From contig JANJGN010000038.1 in NCBI GenBank assembly GCA_026770705.1, positions 4,216,001 to 4,280,000 on the forward strand: a stretch of 64,000 bases of DNA, in the 5' to 3' direction. The notes beneath the pieces were generated by a model. It ran no database searches, was not told the DNA's origin, and was given only the letters and a program-made list of their open reading frames with translations. Every line of letters starts with the position of its first letter. The stretch's first letter is position 1. This stretch comes from Isurus oxyrinchus (taxonomy: Eukaryota). Made by a program: the position numbers and the translations under genes. Shown here in pieces: positions 1-12,435 of this stretch.

Positions 1-480
1 TTCCTCCAATTTGAAACATTTTTTGACTCGTCAGGTCACTTTTTAAGAATACCGATGTAAGGGGAAAACAACAATTTATACTGCATGTGAAGAGAGTGCT
101 GATTGCTTAGCAAGTGGACTCCGGCAGAGGAATTATCATAGAGAATGCACGAATTATGGCGACTGAAAGTTAACTCCTAAACTTTGTTTGAAATTTTAAC
201 TAGGCAGCTTGGCCTTGATTAGTCAATGCATTGCCTTGAAGAATGAGTCAGCGAATGGCTGTCACTTATTGTGTTCAGCTGAACCAGGTACAATGTGTGT
301 GCATGTCACTTTTGCTTACAAAGAACAGGGTCCTGTGTATTAAAATATGCAGCGTCCATTACATGCAAATGCACCACTCTGCAAGCCCAACTAATAATCT
401 GATTTGGTTGTCAGCGTTATTCCTAGTGCAATTAATTATATTTAGCAAATGTTCTCGAGTTCCGAATCACATCCAATGTT
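1..480 (-). mobile_element. Degenerate Penelope-like element 3' terminal remnant
   Basis: Reverse-complement similarity to 22915-23160; begins with a decayed CTGACGA hammerhead-like core on the minus strand; no intact ORF. Confidence 0.4.
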
Positions 481-559
481 GAACACTGTAATTTGAGCTT
501 TACCAGCATAGTCTGTTTGGATATGTTCTGTAGTTTGCCCATTTCGAGGTTCAGCCAGC

Positions 560-1035
560 ATCAACATTTGCATGATTTACGCCATTTAGAAACATTGTAT
601 TTCACTTTCTTACCGCTAAATTGCACGACTTCACATTTCTGCACTTTGTACTCCGATAGAAATTTCATCTGTTGCCCAATCCCTTAACCTTTTGACATCA
701 ATTTTCAGCCTCCTTGCGTTCTCCTCACAGCTTACACCAGCACCTAGCCTTGAATCGTCAGCAACTCTGTTATTTTCCAGGTCTTTTCCTAATTGATTAA
801 AGCAAATTGTAGCAGAGGCCATCATTGAAAGTTGTGGCATTCCACTAGTGACAGCCTGCCAGCCTGCCACCCTGAAAATGCCCGGTAAACCATATTATTT
901 GCTTCCTCGATATTGACCGATCTTCTACCCATGCTAATGTATTCGCTTCAAACCCATGAGTCATCATCTTGTGAACTAACCTTTGTGTGGAATCTTGAGG
1001 GATTTAAGTTCGAAATCCAAGTGTATGGCATCAAC
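560..1035 (-). mobile_element. CR1 LINE reverse-transcriptase fragment
   Basis: Minus-strand translation GWQAVTSGMPQ...ADDSRLG matches the CR1 RT W..VTSGVPQGS and FADD motifs; paralogous to 6035-6470. Confidence 0.7.
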
Positions 1036-3502
1036 TGGTGTTAAAATGTATCAAAAACGATGTCACTATCATAACCCATGAAGATTTCCTCCAATCATAG
1101 CATAAACATCTTAATGAATTGTTCAGAATTCTAAACAAACGATTCCCACAGTTCCTAGCGACCGAAGAAAGGCTCGTTGCACTTCTGGTCTACATGTGGC
1201 ATTTATTTTTTACCATTCCTATCTGTTGAAGTGCAAATACTGTCTCTCTCTCATATTCCAAACATCTTCCTGGAGCTAATCTTTATCAGGCTTTGCAGTC
1301 GACCATGTTCAACAGCTTTGTTTCCTCCACAAATTCGGCCATTGTTGTTGTGTCTTTGAGCTTCGGGTCATTATCAACTGCATTAAAAAAATAGGTTCAA
1401 ATAAGGAGACTCTAGGATATCCACTTTAGACCAATTCATCTCTGTATCCATGCCGTATAGGCACAATGCATCAACATGCTAGTAACACCTTGTGAAATAT
1501 ATCCACCGATTCTAGCAACTGATTCCTAGATGAACTACGTGCAAGGACTGAAAAAGCCAAGTGTATCGCATCCATTAAATGGATCCTACCTGGTGAAGTT
1601 GAATGGTACAGACTCCCTTTCATGAACATCTTTCCACTATATATTGAGATTACTTTGCATCCATCTGTTCCATGGCTTTATTGCAGCAACGGTTGCTCAG
1701 GAGTACACACTCTGAACATCAACTCAATACTTTGTACTTTCCTGGATCAAATTGGCATCTGCTTTTCTGGAGCACCAACCACTCTTTAATGGTCAGGACT
1801 TTCTCTTTGATTTGTGTGCGGCACCCTGCAATGTGCTTACGTATTTGCATAAGGAAGCTCGATTAAAGTTAACTGACCACTTAGGTCGACGAATCAGAAT
1901 TGAATTTTGGACAGCTGTTCATCAACCATGTTGATCGCAATGTGACCTGAGTCACAACGATTCTCTGACATACTCTAAAAAAAGTCATTTTTTTATCCAT
2001 TAAATGCATGGAGGTGTTTTAAATATCTGCAAGAAATTCGCCTATTCCCACGTCTCTACTACCTATAAAAGTATGTATTTCTGAGTCCCAATTATTGATC
2101 ATTGAAAATTTGTCTGTCTCAATATCCCACTCCAATAACATGAAAAAAATACAATATTAATTTATTGTGCTCCCTTCGTAGACTGTTTATATATGCAAGA
2201 GGAAATGCTGGACACATTTCGTTGACTGGATAACATCTCTGGATTGAGAACAAAAAAACAGGTAACCGTTTCAGGTTGATGAGCTATCAACGGAACTGCA
2301 AAAGTGTTAGGGGTGTTTTATGGACGTGCTGATTGGACGTTCAGTCAACATGCGTGGATCTTCAGTGGACATATTTGTGAAAAATTCTTCTTGAACATTT
2401 AATCAGTTGAAATTTCCCAATCATCTGCAAATGTTGCGGCATTTTTCTCAATGGGCATTCCTTGATTTGTGAAGCACTACCATTCTGGATGACCCCGAGT
2501 CTTAATCTCATTTAAGATCATTATTTCCAACCAATAGTTTGCCTCGGCTTAATCTTCCTACCAAATTACAGCACTTCAGTCTTGGTCAGAATTAAATTAC
2601 TTTGCCATTTATCCTCATATGTTTCTGATATTCTTGTATTTGGTCACATTCATCCTTAGCATTAGCAAAACCTCAACCCTTCCTAAGTTAGCGTGGTACG
2701 CATTTTTTTATACTATACTTCCCAGCACTGAGATCATCTCATTCAAGTCCATGGTGGAAAATTGTGGCTAAAGTTGCTATCCCCATGGATTATTACTGCT
2801 ACTTGGCACCCGTAGTAATAACTATATCCAATTCCTGCTCTCTGTATTTCTTTTCTGTTTGTTTTACTTTGGTAGTAGAGGTTAAAAAACCAATGGGAAT
2901 ATCTGGACTTTTTAAATAAGTTATTCATGGTGACCTGTGTATGCACAAGCTGAACACGTGGTAGAAGCAGACTGGATAATATTTCTTACAAAAATGAATC
3001 ACTATTCAGAAAGGAAAATAAATTACTTTGAGAAAGAGCATTGGAACCGGACAAATGGAATAGCACTTTCAGGAAAAGGAATAATGGGTGTACTGGCCTC
3101 CATCTGTGCAGTGCAATGCTATGCTTTGTCATCCATTCAGCTACCGCAAAACTGAAATAAAATGTTAGTAATTTTATCCTCAAATAAATAAACGGCAATA
3201 AAATGGTAGGAAAACTTGCACAAGTCAAAAAAGTACGGCGTAAACGTAACAAAAAACACTGGATTTTGAAGACATGAATGTTCAGATGAAATGGCGTTGA
3301 TTTGAAACCTTGCCTTTCCATCTTTCTCCTCGTGAGTGTTATCTGTTTCTATGTAATAACAGGTACTTTCACATGGATAAATTCCAGCTTCATTCCGACA
3401 TCGCATGATTTTAAATGTATTACATGATTTGTTGTTGTTATTTTTTTTTGCTGAGATTAATTGAGGTTCCCATTGGCCAACCCCTTGGTAATATCCGTGT
3501 AG

Positions 3503-3630
3503 ATTCAACAGACCGCATCTGGATTGAAGGCTATGAGGACGATAACGGGAACATCTGGACAATAGCTCCAACATTCATTGTCCTGTTCTTCCTGAGCATT
3601 TTCGACAGTGCTGCCGTCACTCTGGTAAAG
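3503..3630 (+). CDS. IGH: Immunoglobulin heavy-chain membrane exon TM1 (IgM/IgW type), possibly decaying
   Basis: tgtag acceptor, phase 1, (D)STDRIWIEGYEDDNGNIWTIAPTFIVLFFLSIFDSAAVTLVK, then gtgaga donor; acidic spacer plus the CART motif of membrane IgM (human [27 protein letters not shown]). Confidence 0.88.
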
Positions 3631-3777
3631 GTGAGAAGATTCAATCCTCATGGATTGAACACTACAATCTGACAGAAGCGGTTTGAAAACTTTCTAAACA
3701 TTTCAACAATTAAAAACTATAATATGAATGCACCAGATCATAAACATCTGCTTCATTATTTTCTGCCTCTTTTACAG

Positions 3778-3786
3778 ATCAAGTGA
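3778..3786 (+). CDS. IGH: IgH membrane exon TM2 (Ile-Lys-stop; KIK cytoplasmic tail)
   Basis: Pyrimidine-rich acceptor ctcttttacag followed by ATC AAG TGA; identical in the inverted copy; equivalent to the IgM KVK tail. Confidence 0.8.
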   Translation: MK

Positions 3787-4195
3787 TCGGTTGAATTTGG
3801 ACCCTGTAGCTTTTCCTCAGCTGTTTATTCAGATCTCTGTATTCCAATATAAAATATGTTGTCTTGGTGATTCTAAAGGTGAAATGTCTTCACTTTGTGA
3901 TCCCGAATCTGTAACCGAACCTGTAGCAGTATTTCCTTTTTCATGTATGAAATGTGCGAGATGATAATGGTTGTAATGTAATTGTAGCATCTAATTTCCC
4001 TAGAGGAAGGATTTCAATTGTAATTAAGTAACGTTTTCATTCGTTATTCATTATTGCCCGCTTCCCTTTCCTTTGAACCACAGTTTTCTCTTTCTGATCT
4101 ATGTTCCAGTGGTACATACAATTTACCAACTCAGCGTGCATGTGTTCTGTTCCCAACGTGACCTCAGGCATTATATTCACTTCTGTTAACTTTAA

Positions 4196-4237
4196 AATAA
4201 ACTTTCTTGTGAAATATTCTCTGATATTACTAATAAA
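4196..4237 (+). terminator. Candidate polyadenylation signals for the membrane IgH transcript
   Basis: AATAAA at 4196-4201 and 4232-4237, ~400 bp after the TM2 stop. Confidence 0.35.
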
Positions 4238-5189
4238 ATGGAATGAAAAGTGGACTAACTGTGACTTTGCTGGATTCCTTTCTCCAAGGCCCATTCACAC
4301 CGCTCCATTTTCCCTATTACGCATTTCTCCCAGTTTTACCAGTCTTGTCTGGGATCTGTTTGCACCGAAGACCCCATTGGGCCACCCATCGTCCCATCCG
4401 TGTAAGGAGACCTTTACCTCTGCCTGTTTCTGGCAATTGCCCGAGGCGGAATGATTGAACAGGGAAGGTCACCTCTGTGATTTCACTCTGGGCGGTCACA
4501 GTCACATGTCTGGTAATTCTAAACTATAGTGTTCGGCTTCATTGGAGGCTGATATAGGACAGGAAATTGGAGCAGAAAACTTCCTTTAAAATACCCCATC
4601 AAACACTCCCACCGTTGGTGCAATCATGGTCAGAAAAAAGGTAAAGATCCCTCTGCATTGTCCGATTAAACACTTTGAAGTGGGGATGCCACAAGCTAGA
4701 TATATAACACAGGCAGAAAATGGAGCACAAACCACGGGATGTTTCCAGGGGCTGGGGTGTGTCTGGCACTGATATATTATTAAGTACAAATCCTGCAAAT
4801 TATTACAGAGCTTTAGGTCTATTCGACATACGGGGTGTCAAAACCGTGAAAATACTCAAAGGTGGGGTCTAACTTTATGCTGCAAGTAACCATAAACATG
4901 GGGCTTGTTCACAGACCCTGGGGCCAATCGGATACTGAGACACTGGCTTTGCATTTTCTCTAAAATAAACAAACAGACATAGCCCACACCTCGCCCTGGC
5001 CCACCCCTTTCCGTTTGGCATACACACGGTCCTTATTCGGGTAAACACAGACCGACTCTCCACTTCCACCTTTTCTGTTAAATCCATTAGCGCTGTCATT
5101 CTCCCTTCTGCTGTGATAATGAACTGTATTCCTGATCAGCTCATTCCTACTAATACCATCTCCCTGAACTCGCTGAACATCACCCCAGG

Positions 5190-5400
5190 GGTAAACACAG
5201 AAAACGCTGAAATTATCAGCAGGTCAGATAGAATCTGTGGAGACAGAAACAGAGTGGTCTTCTCGAGACATTATGACCCTTCTTCAGATGGACTCGAAAC
5301 GTCAACTCTGTTTCTCTCTCCTTAGATGCTGTTAGGCCTGATGAGTTTTTCCAGCAATTTTTGTTTTTGTTTCAGATTTCCAGCATCCGCAGTATTTTGC
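5190..5400. mobile_element. Palindromic pair of Penelope-type terminal repeats with decayed hammerhead cores
   Basis: Two inverted arms (cagcagg..catctgtggag / ctcc..agatgctg..cctg.tgag); gacccttcttcag on one arm and gactcgaaacgtcaact on the other. Confidence 0.65.
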
Positions 5401-5739
5401 ATTTATCACCCCAGGGATTTCGTTCTACCTGCTTCATCGTTTCGTCAGACGATACTTCAGAGCCTCCCGATCACGGGAATAACAGCAGAAGTTTCTCTTC
5501 ATGTCCCACTATCTTCCAATGTTTTCCTTCTGAAACTGAGCCACTTTTATCTAATGCCCCAGAGTTCAGGCACGAGGTTCCTTGTTGTTGAATATAGGAA
5601 GGGTTCGGCAGAGAAAAATTACCTACACATCTTCAAGACTCGGAATGATATTTATGAATGAGTGGAGTTAATGCTTAAACCCTTTCTCTCTCCCAATCTC
5701 TCTCCCTTCCTCTACTGCAATGGCATTCAGGACATCTGA

Positions 5740-5990
5740 ATCAACAACAGAAAAGGTTCTAAAAACGCAAAGGTTCTTAAAGCATCTGTGGAGAAAAATA
5801 TAGTGTTAACGTTTTGAGCCTGCATGATTCTACTTCAGAGTCTTCTTATCTAAATAAAAGTCGGACAGACTCAAAACGTTAATCCCATCTTTCTCTCCAA
5901 AGGTGCTGTTGGACTTGCTGTGTTTTTCCAGCATTTTCTGTTTTAGTTTTAGATTTCCAGAAACTGCAGCAATATTTTGCTTTTTCCATT
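5740..5990. mobile_element. Second palindromic pair of Penelope-type terminal repeats
   Basis: gttaacgtttt ... aaaacgttaat inverted arms; counterpart of 59995-60235. Confidence 0.6.
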
Positions 5991-6034
5991 CAGGACTTCC
6001 CTCGTCTGGTGGCTGCATTTTTCTTTCACCGCTG

Positions 6035-6470
6035 CTATTGCACATGGGATTGAGGATGGTGTATTGCGATGGATAGAAAACTGGTTGACAGACAGGAAAT
6101 AAAGAGTAGGAAGAAACTGTTCTTTTTCTGAATGGCAGGCAGTGACTAGTGGGCAACCGCAGTGATCGGTGCTGGGACTACAGCTATTCACAATATATAT
6201 TAATCATTTAGATGCGGGAGCTAAATGTAATATCTCCAAATTTGCAGATGACACAAAGCTGGGTGGGAGGGTGAGCAGTGAGGAGGATGCAGACATGCTT
6301 CAGTGTGATTTGGACAAGCTGAGTCAGTAGGCAAATGCATGGCAGATGCAATATAACGTGGATTATTGTGGGGTTATCCGTTTTGGTAGCAAAAACAGTA
6401 AGGCGGATTATTTTCTGAAAGACTATAAATTGAGAGAGGGGAATGTGCAACGAGACCTGGGTGTCCTTGT
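6035..6470 (+). mobile_element. CR1 LINE RT fragment
   Basis: Encodes HGI..WIENWLTDR..RV, WQAVTSG.PQ*SVLG and SKFADDTKLGG, with stop codons. Confidence 0.85.
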
Positions 6471-6659
6471 TGTTTCAGCAGAATGGATGTGTGAGTGAAT
6501 CACTTGTAGCCACCGGAGCAACTGAACAACTGCTTCCCAGTGGGAACAGACAATTAGAGTTTTGGCGGATCCATTCTTTCTTCCGTTGTTCGTCCAGTGC
6601 TGTAAACATCATCCCAGGCATTCTCTGCTATGCCCCCGCCCCCTCCACACCGACAGGGA

Positions 6660-7050
6660 GATCCTGGTGTATTGGTAATGTCACGATGCGGATAAGCTAC
6701 AAAGACTGAAGAAATGTTCAAACCCCGTTACAGCAACTGGCTGAATTTCCGTCAAAAAATCAGGAGTTGAAACCCTTTCACGAATGGGGATGATTTTGGT
6801 CTAAATATGAAATCTCCGGTAATCTCCAAGAATTCCCCACATTCTGGCGGCTCCACGTGATTCCATACTCACAGCAATGTGGCTGGTCCTGAAATAGTCT
6901 GGACACCGTGAGTTATATCAAACCGCTGCAGACAAGCCAGACCGGATGGACAACTTCTCTTCAAGAACGTCCCCACCAACATCTTCCCTAGGGAAATGAG
7001 GGATGGCAATAAACACTGGCTTTGTCCACAATGCTCCCTTCAAATAAACA
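6660..7050 (+). mobile_element. Diverged HE1-like tRNA-derived SINE
   Basis: Box A/B-like start (tggtgtattggt ... gttcaaaccc) and 3' tail gggatggcaataaacactgg shared with the LINE tail near 12380. Confidence 0.5.
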
Positions 7051-7069
7051 ATGCAAAAAAAATCCAAAC

Positions 7070-8100
7070 CTATTGCATGGAAACAGAGGAACAGGAGAAT
7101 GCCATTCAGCCCATCGAACCTGTCCCACCTTTCATTGTGATCATGGATGATCTTCCACTTCAACATCTTTTTCCCGCACTATCCCCATACCTTTTATATC
7201 TTTGCTATTTAGAAATCTGCCATTATCTGCTTTAAACATACTCAATGATAGAACTTCCACAGCTCTCTGGGATGCAGAATTCCAAAGGTTCGCAAACTTC
7301 TGAGTAAAAAAGCAATTCTCCTCATGTCAGTCGTAGTGGCTTTCCACTTATTTTGAAATTGTGTCCCCTGGTTCTAGAATCCCCAACCAGGGGAAACATC
7401 TGACCTGCATTTACAATTTCTTCCATTCAGGTGTTTTGTTTGTGTTAATGAGATGTTTTTGCTCATTTTTCGAAACTCTAGAGAATACAGGTCCAGTGTC
7501 CCCAATCCTTCTTCACAGGATAGTCACACCATCCCTGATGCAAGTCTGGTGAGCCTTCGATTCACTCCCTCAATGACAATTACACCCTTCCGAAGGTAAG
7601 GGGGCCACACCTGCACATTGTACCCGAGGGGTGGCCTAACCAAGATTATATACAAAAGAAACGAGACTTCGCTACTGCTGTATCCAAATCCTCTTGTGAT
7701 AAAGACTGACATTCCATTCGCCTTCCTAATTGCTTCATATGTCTGTGAGGTTTCAGAGACTTATTGATGAGGGCACCCAGGCCCCCTTGCACAGCTACAT
7801 TTTCTCGGATCTCACGTTTTGTGAAATAATCTGCACATCTGTTGATCTTACCAAACTGGTTAACCTCACATTCTTCCAGGTTAAATTTAATCTTTTCTGT
7901 TCTGTCCCCATCACTAAGTCAGTCCAAATCGCCTTGAAACTGCTTTTCACCTTCCTCACAACACACGTTCCCATCAAGCTTTGTGTCATCCTCGAACTTG
8001 GAAATATTACATTTGATGCACACATCCAAATCATTGATATGTTGTGAACAGCTGGCTCTCAAGTGGTGTTCCTTGCAGTACCCCACTGGCCACATGCTGA
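7070..8100 (-). mobile_element. CR1 LINE 3' part
   Basis: Minus strand encodes LVRPPLGYNVQVWPPYLRK (CR1 RPHLEYC.QFWSP motif) and carries the CR1 3' tail (ccattcagcccatcgaacctg). Confidence 0.8.
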
Positions 8101-9012
8101 CAAAGTTTGATATTTCACTCTAAACACCCCCCCCCACCCCAGCACCACAAACCCCACAACAAAAAAGCCCCCACTTAGGCCGCCAGCCCCCCTCACCCCA
8201 CACCTCACACTTTGAAATGACATGCTTCAGTTACTGCTGCAGCAGGAGGAAGCCTTTGGATCACCTAAGAGTGTCACAACACTGATGGAAGCCCTTGAAG
8301 CATTCGTCTGTTTCTCGCTACACAAAGGTAGCGAGGGCTGCTGATTATTCCCAGCATTTCTGTTTTTTTTTCAGATCCGAGCACATTGCCCCCCCCCCCC
8401 CCCCCCCCCCCTCTCTCTCCTCTCCTGAACATCCTTTTTCAGGCTGGGTTCAGAGTGACATTTGAATTGACGAATTTCACTGGAACATAACTTATGCATT
8501 GGAAATACACCATTATTTGAAACGAGGAGACTTGCCGCTCCGAGGTTCTGTAACTGTTCAGCTCTAAAAACACTGGAATAAAATCACAGAAAGAATTTGA
8601 AAAGCTAACATCACTGACCTTCGAACCTCTAGAAAACACCGTCCCATCTGCAGATTGGTCCGAAATGTTTTGAACAAGGTTTCCCTGTGATACTGCAGCA
8701 TGTCCGCCCCTGGACTGTAACCTGCCTGAGTGGCCTTTTCCTCCAAAACCCCTTTGCGTAATGACATGAAACTCGAGCCTGGTGGGTGGGAATTTCACAC
8801 ACCATGCCCAAGGACAACAGGAGAGTTGGAATAGCCTGAAGACCAGCAGGACAAACAGGACTGAGGTAAATTACTTCCCAAATGCACCGTTTCTGTTAGT
8901 CATTGAATCCTGGTGGTGAAAGATGAAAACTGGCCTCACCCTGTGCTCATCACCGAGGTGAAGAGATTGGGAATAAAATAGGGTCAACTCGTATTGATAA
9001 TGGATATTCTTG

Positions 9013-9907
9013 TCACTGTTTAATAAATTTAACAATTACAGAAAAGGGATATTTCACCACATTCTTCAATTGCTGAATTGAGTCTGGGTCACTGCATAAA
9101 TGGCCGTGTTAGTGCAACAACTTAGGAGCTGAATATAAATCCCAGTTCCTGCACAAACCTAGGAAGGTATACAGGAATAGCATCTAACAAATATAGTCTA
9201 TTACAAACAAAATGTATCATAAAACTACCCACAACAGGATAAAATTCCCCGATAAAGCAAACAGTAAAATGATGGATTTCCTGCGTTTCTCCATCTGTGG
9301 GTCCCTGGGTCTCTCCCCACTGCAGTGAGCCCGGAGTCTCCTGCGGGCTCTGCTCAACACTAAAATATATCTGACAGTTAAAGCGTTCAACATCAAAATC
9401 AAAACAAGTGGCGCAAATGGTGTTAAAATATAATGAAGACATTCGATTGCTGCCCACATTGATGAGAATTCAGCATCCGTCACTAATGTGCAAAACCAAG
9501 GAGCATTGGAAAGCGAATATTGACCTACATACATAAAGTACCAGAATGTATCCTTCACACAGAATAGCAGATTGACTGTTCCGAGAACCACAGCCGCCGT
9601 ATGCTCTGTGCAATATTTTTTTTCAACTTCTGGGAACAAATAGCCAGAAGTCTATCAAAGGTGAAAGAGACTGTGAACCAGACAGAACAATCTGTGGCCG
9701 CATAAAGCAGGACTGCATGGATATTATACACTTTAAACCTCGACAAGAACTGAAACTGAGCCCAGTAAAGAATAGCAATTTGCCTGAATATGAGATCAAG
9801 GATAACGACCAGTAGATCCGCGGTTGCCATGGACACCAGGTAAAGGGAAAGACATTTTGAGAGACCGCACCTTCCCGGAGACAGGGTCACAATAGTCAGT
9901 ATGTTCA
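9013..9907 (-). pseudogene. GPR139/GPR142-like GPCR pseudogene A, exon 2
   Basis: cttacag acceptor; VNILTIVTLSPGRCGLSKC, SFTFDRLLAIC, RARRRLR..DPQMEKRRKSIILLF and NTAIY; at least four frameshifts (~9620, ~9222, ~9132, ~9075). Confidence 0.9.
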
Positions 9908-10654
9908 CTGTAAGGAGGAGAAAGGCATGATAGTTATTGTTTAACTTAGAGCAACTGTTACAGACTGATGGAGTGACATTTGAACAGAGTTATCCAAGAG
10001 CAGAATCTAATTACTTTACCAGTGTTTGAGCTTTACGCTGGAGGGAGTGTTTCGAGTTAAACACCATCTTGTTGTAGCAGGAAACCAAATCCTGCAACAG
10101 GTCCCATCGCCACTTCCTTAAATTATTCATGGAATTCGGAGTGAAAATCATTCACCCCATTACTAGTCCTGCTCAATATCCCATGAACATGCTGCAAACT
10201 GCATCACAACGATATGTAAGATGGGCTGTGATTTGTACTCAAGGAAAATTGTTCATTTATTTTTGAGAAGACATTTGAGTGGAACATTAAGGTTGTGTAA
10301 AGAAGTAAATACAGATTTGAATTCAGAAATTGTATTTCAAATCAGGATGTCCAAATGTGCCTTGCTGATAATTATTGACTTTGCCAAAAGGCACAATGAA
10401 CGCTTAGACTGTATCCCAGTAACAAATAGACTCTCGAAAATAAATAAAGAACAGGCAGATAAATGGATCGCTAGACTGAAGAAAATAAATTAGAGATTGA
10501 ATCAGAGCTGGATATTGGCCAACACTAAGGAACAGCAGAGAGTGGCAGAACCCAAAATCAGGCTGGCTAGCAGGAGAGAATTTACCAATGGATCGGATAT
10601 CTGTGTTTTGGGCCAGGAATTAAATGGGCCAGTGGTTGGGAAATGAAGTTGTTA

Positions 10655-11170
10655 CATAAGAATGCAAGAACTAGGAGCAAGAGCAAGCCATATTTCCCTT
10701 TGGCCAACTCTAATGTTCACTAAGCCCATGGCCATTCTTCGACCTCTACTTTCCAAAACTATCCCCATTTATCTTAATGGCCTTAGAGCAGAAAGACCTA
10801 CCGACCAACAGCCCTCGAGAGTTGATAATTCCGAAATTTCTCCACTTTCTGAGTGAAGAAGATTCTCTTCATCTCAATTCCAAATGGCCAACATTTTATC
10901 TCAGGGATCGAGTTCTCGACTCCCCACCTAAGGGAAACATTCTCTCAGCATCCATGCTATGAGGACACTAAATTATTTTCTATGAAACGATGAGATAATC
11001 ACACATCCTTTCAATTTAAGAAGATGCATGTCAAATTTGATTGATGGATTGATTACTTAAGTATATTTTTCCTTAGGCAAGGAGGCCAAAACTGTACACA
11101 TTAATCGATATGTTTTCTCACCAATTACATGCATAATTCTATCAAAAGTTCCTTACTCGAATACAGGGAA
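10655..11170 (-). mobile_element. Diverged CR1 LINE 3' fragment
   Basis: Similar to 7070-7600 (acataagaa..aggagcaagag..gccat tail; aattcc..ttctgagtgaagaa). Confidence 0.6.
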
Positions 11171-11174
11171 GACT

Positions 11175-12435
11175 GCCATTTATTATCCTATTCACTTGCT
11201 ATATTGCTGTATCCTAACCTCATTACAGCTTTGTTTCAAACATGGAAAAAAGAGCTGAACTCCCGGGGGAAGGTGAGAGTGGCTCCCCTTGATATGAAGG
11301 CAACATTTCGCAGAGTGTGGCATCAAGGGCCTCCAGCAAACCTGGAGTCAATAGGAATCAGGGGGGAAATCTCTGCTGCTTCTAACCATACCTAGCAGAA
11401 AGGAAGATGGTTGTGTTTGTTGGGGGTCGATCATCTCAGCGCTAGGACTTCACTGCAGCATTGCTTCAGGGAACTGTCCTCGGCCCAACCATCTTCAGCT
11501 GCTTCATCAATGACCTTCCTTCCATCACACAGTCAGAAGTGGGATGTTCGCTACTGATTTCACAATGTTCAGCACCACTAACGACTGGGGTACTGAAGTA
11601 GCCCATGCTCAAATGCAGCAAGAGCTGGACAATTACCAGGTTTGCACTGACATGTGGCAAGTATCTTGTGCACCGCTCAAGTGTCAGGCAATGACCATCT
11701 CCAACAAGGGAGAAACTAACCATCGCCCTTTGTCATTCAATGGCATTAACATCACTGAATCCCCCACTATCAAATCCTGGGGTCTACCATTGACCAGAAA
11801 CGGAAGTGAACGAGCCATATAAATACTATGGCTACAAGAGCAGATCAGAGGCAAGGAATATTGCGACGTGTAACTCACCTCCTCACCGCCAAAGCCTGTC
11901 CATCATCTGCAAGGCACAAGTCAGGAGTGTAGTGGAATGCTCCTCCCTTGCTTGGATGGGTGCAGCTCCCAGAACGCTCAAGAAGCTTGACACCATTCAG
12001 AGCAATGCACCTCGCTGGATTGGTAGCACATCCAAAAATATTTAGACACTCCACTACTGTTGCATAGTAGTACCAGTGGGTTGCATCTACAAGATGCACT
12101 GCAGGAACTCATCAAGGCTCTTTCAGCTGCACGTTCAAACCCCGACCACTACCATCTAGAAGGAGAAGGGGAGCAGACAGATGTGACCGCCACCAAACGG
12201 AAGTTCCCCTTCAAGTCATTCACCATTTTGACTTGGAAATATATCGCCGTTCCTTCACTGTCGCTGGGCCAAAATCCTGGAATTCCCTTCAGAGCAGCAC
12301 TCTGGGTGCACCTACACCCCGAAGACTGTAGCAGTTCAAGAAGGCAGCTCAGCACCACCTTCACAAGGGCAACTAGTGATGGGTAATAAATGCTGGTCCA
12401 GCCAACGAAGCACATTTCCCATGAATGGATAATAA
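11175..12435 (+). mobile_element. HER1-like LINE, 5'-truncated (RT and 3' tail)
   Basis: LDMKATFRRVWHQG and GTVLGPTIFSCFINDLP RT motifs; 3' tail gcaactagtgatgggtaataaatgctgg shared with the HE1-like SINEs. Confidence 0.8.

Larger units (their letters stand above)
3480..6040 (+). repeat. Left arm of ~2.5 kb inverted segmental duplication (partner 59940-62490)
   Basis: Collinear reverse-complement similarity through the TM exons, the 3' flank and two embedded palindromic repeats (e.g. ORFs 4243-4458 and 61541-61756 align without gaps). Confidence 0.9.

Noticed and set aside
3879-3887. GTG AAA as the IgM-type VK TM2 exon
   Set aside because: It is followed by TGT rather than a stop and the acceptor is lost in copy 2; ATC AAG TGA at 3778 has a better acceptor conserved in both copies
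8439-8798. 119-aa ORF as a degenerate V exon or gene
   Set aside because: No W41 or YYC motif, no RSS and no recognisable domain
9013-9907. GPCR A frameshifts as sequencing errors only
   Set aside because: Two fall in homopolymers, but at least two others do not, and conserved residues (TM3 Cys) are also lost
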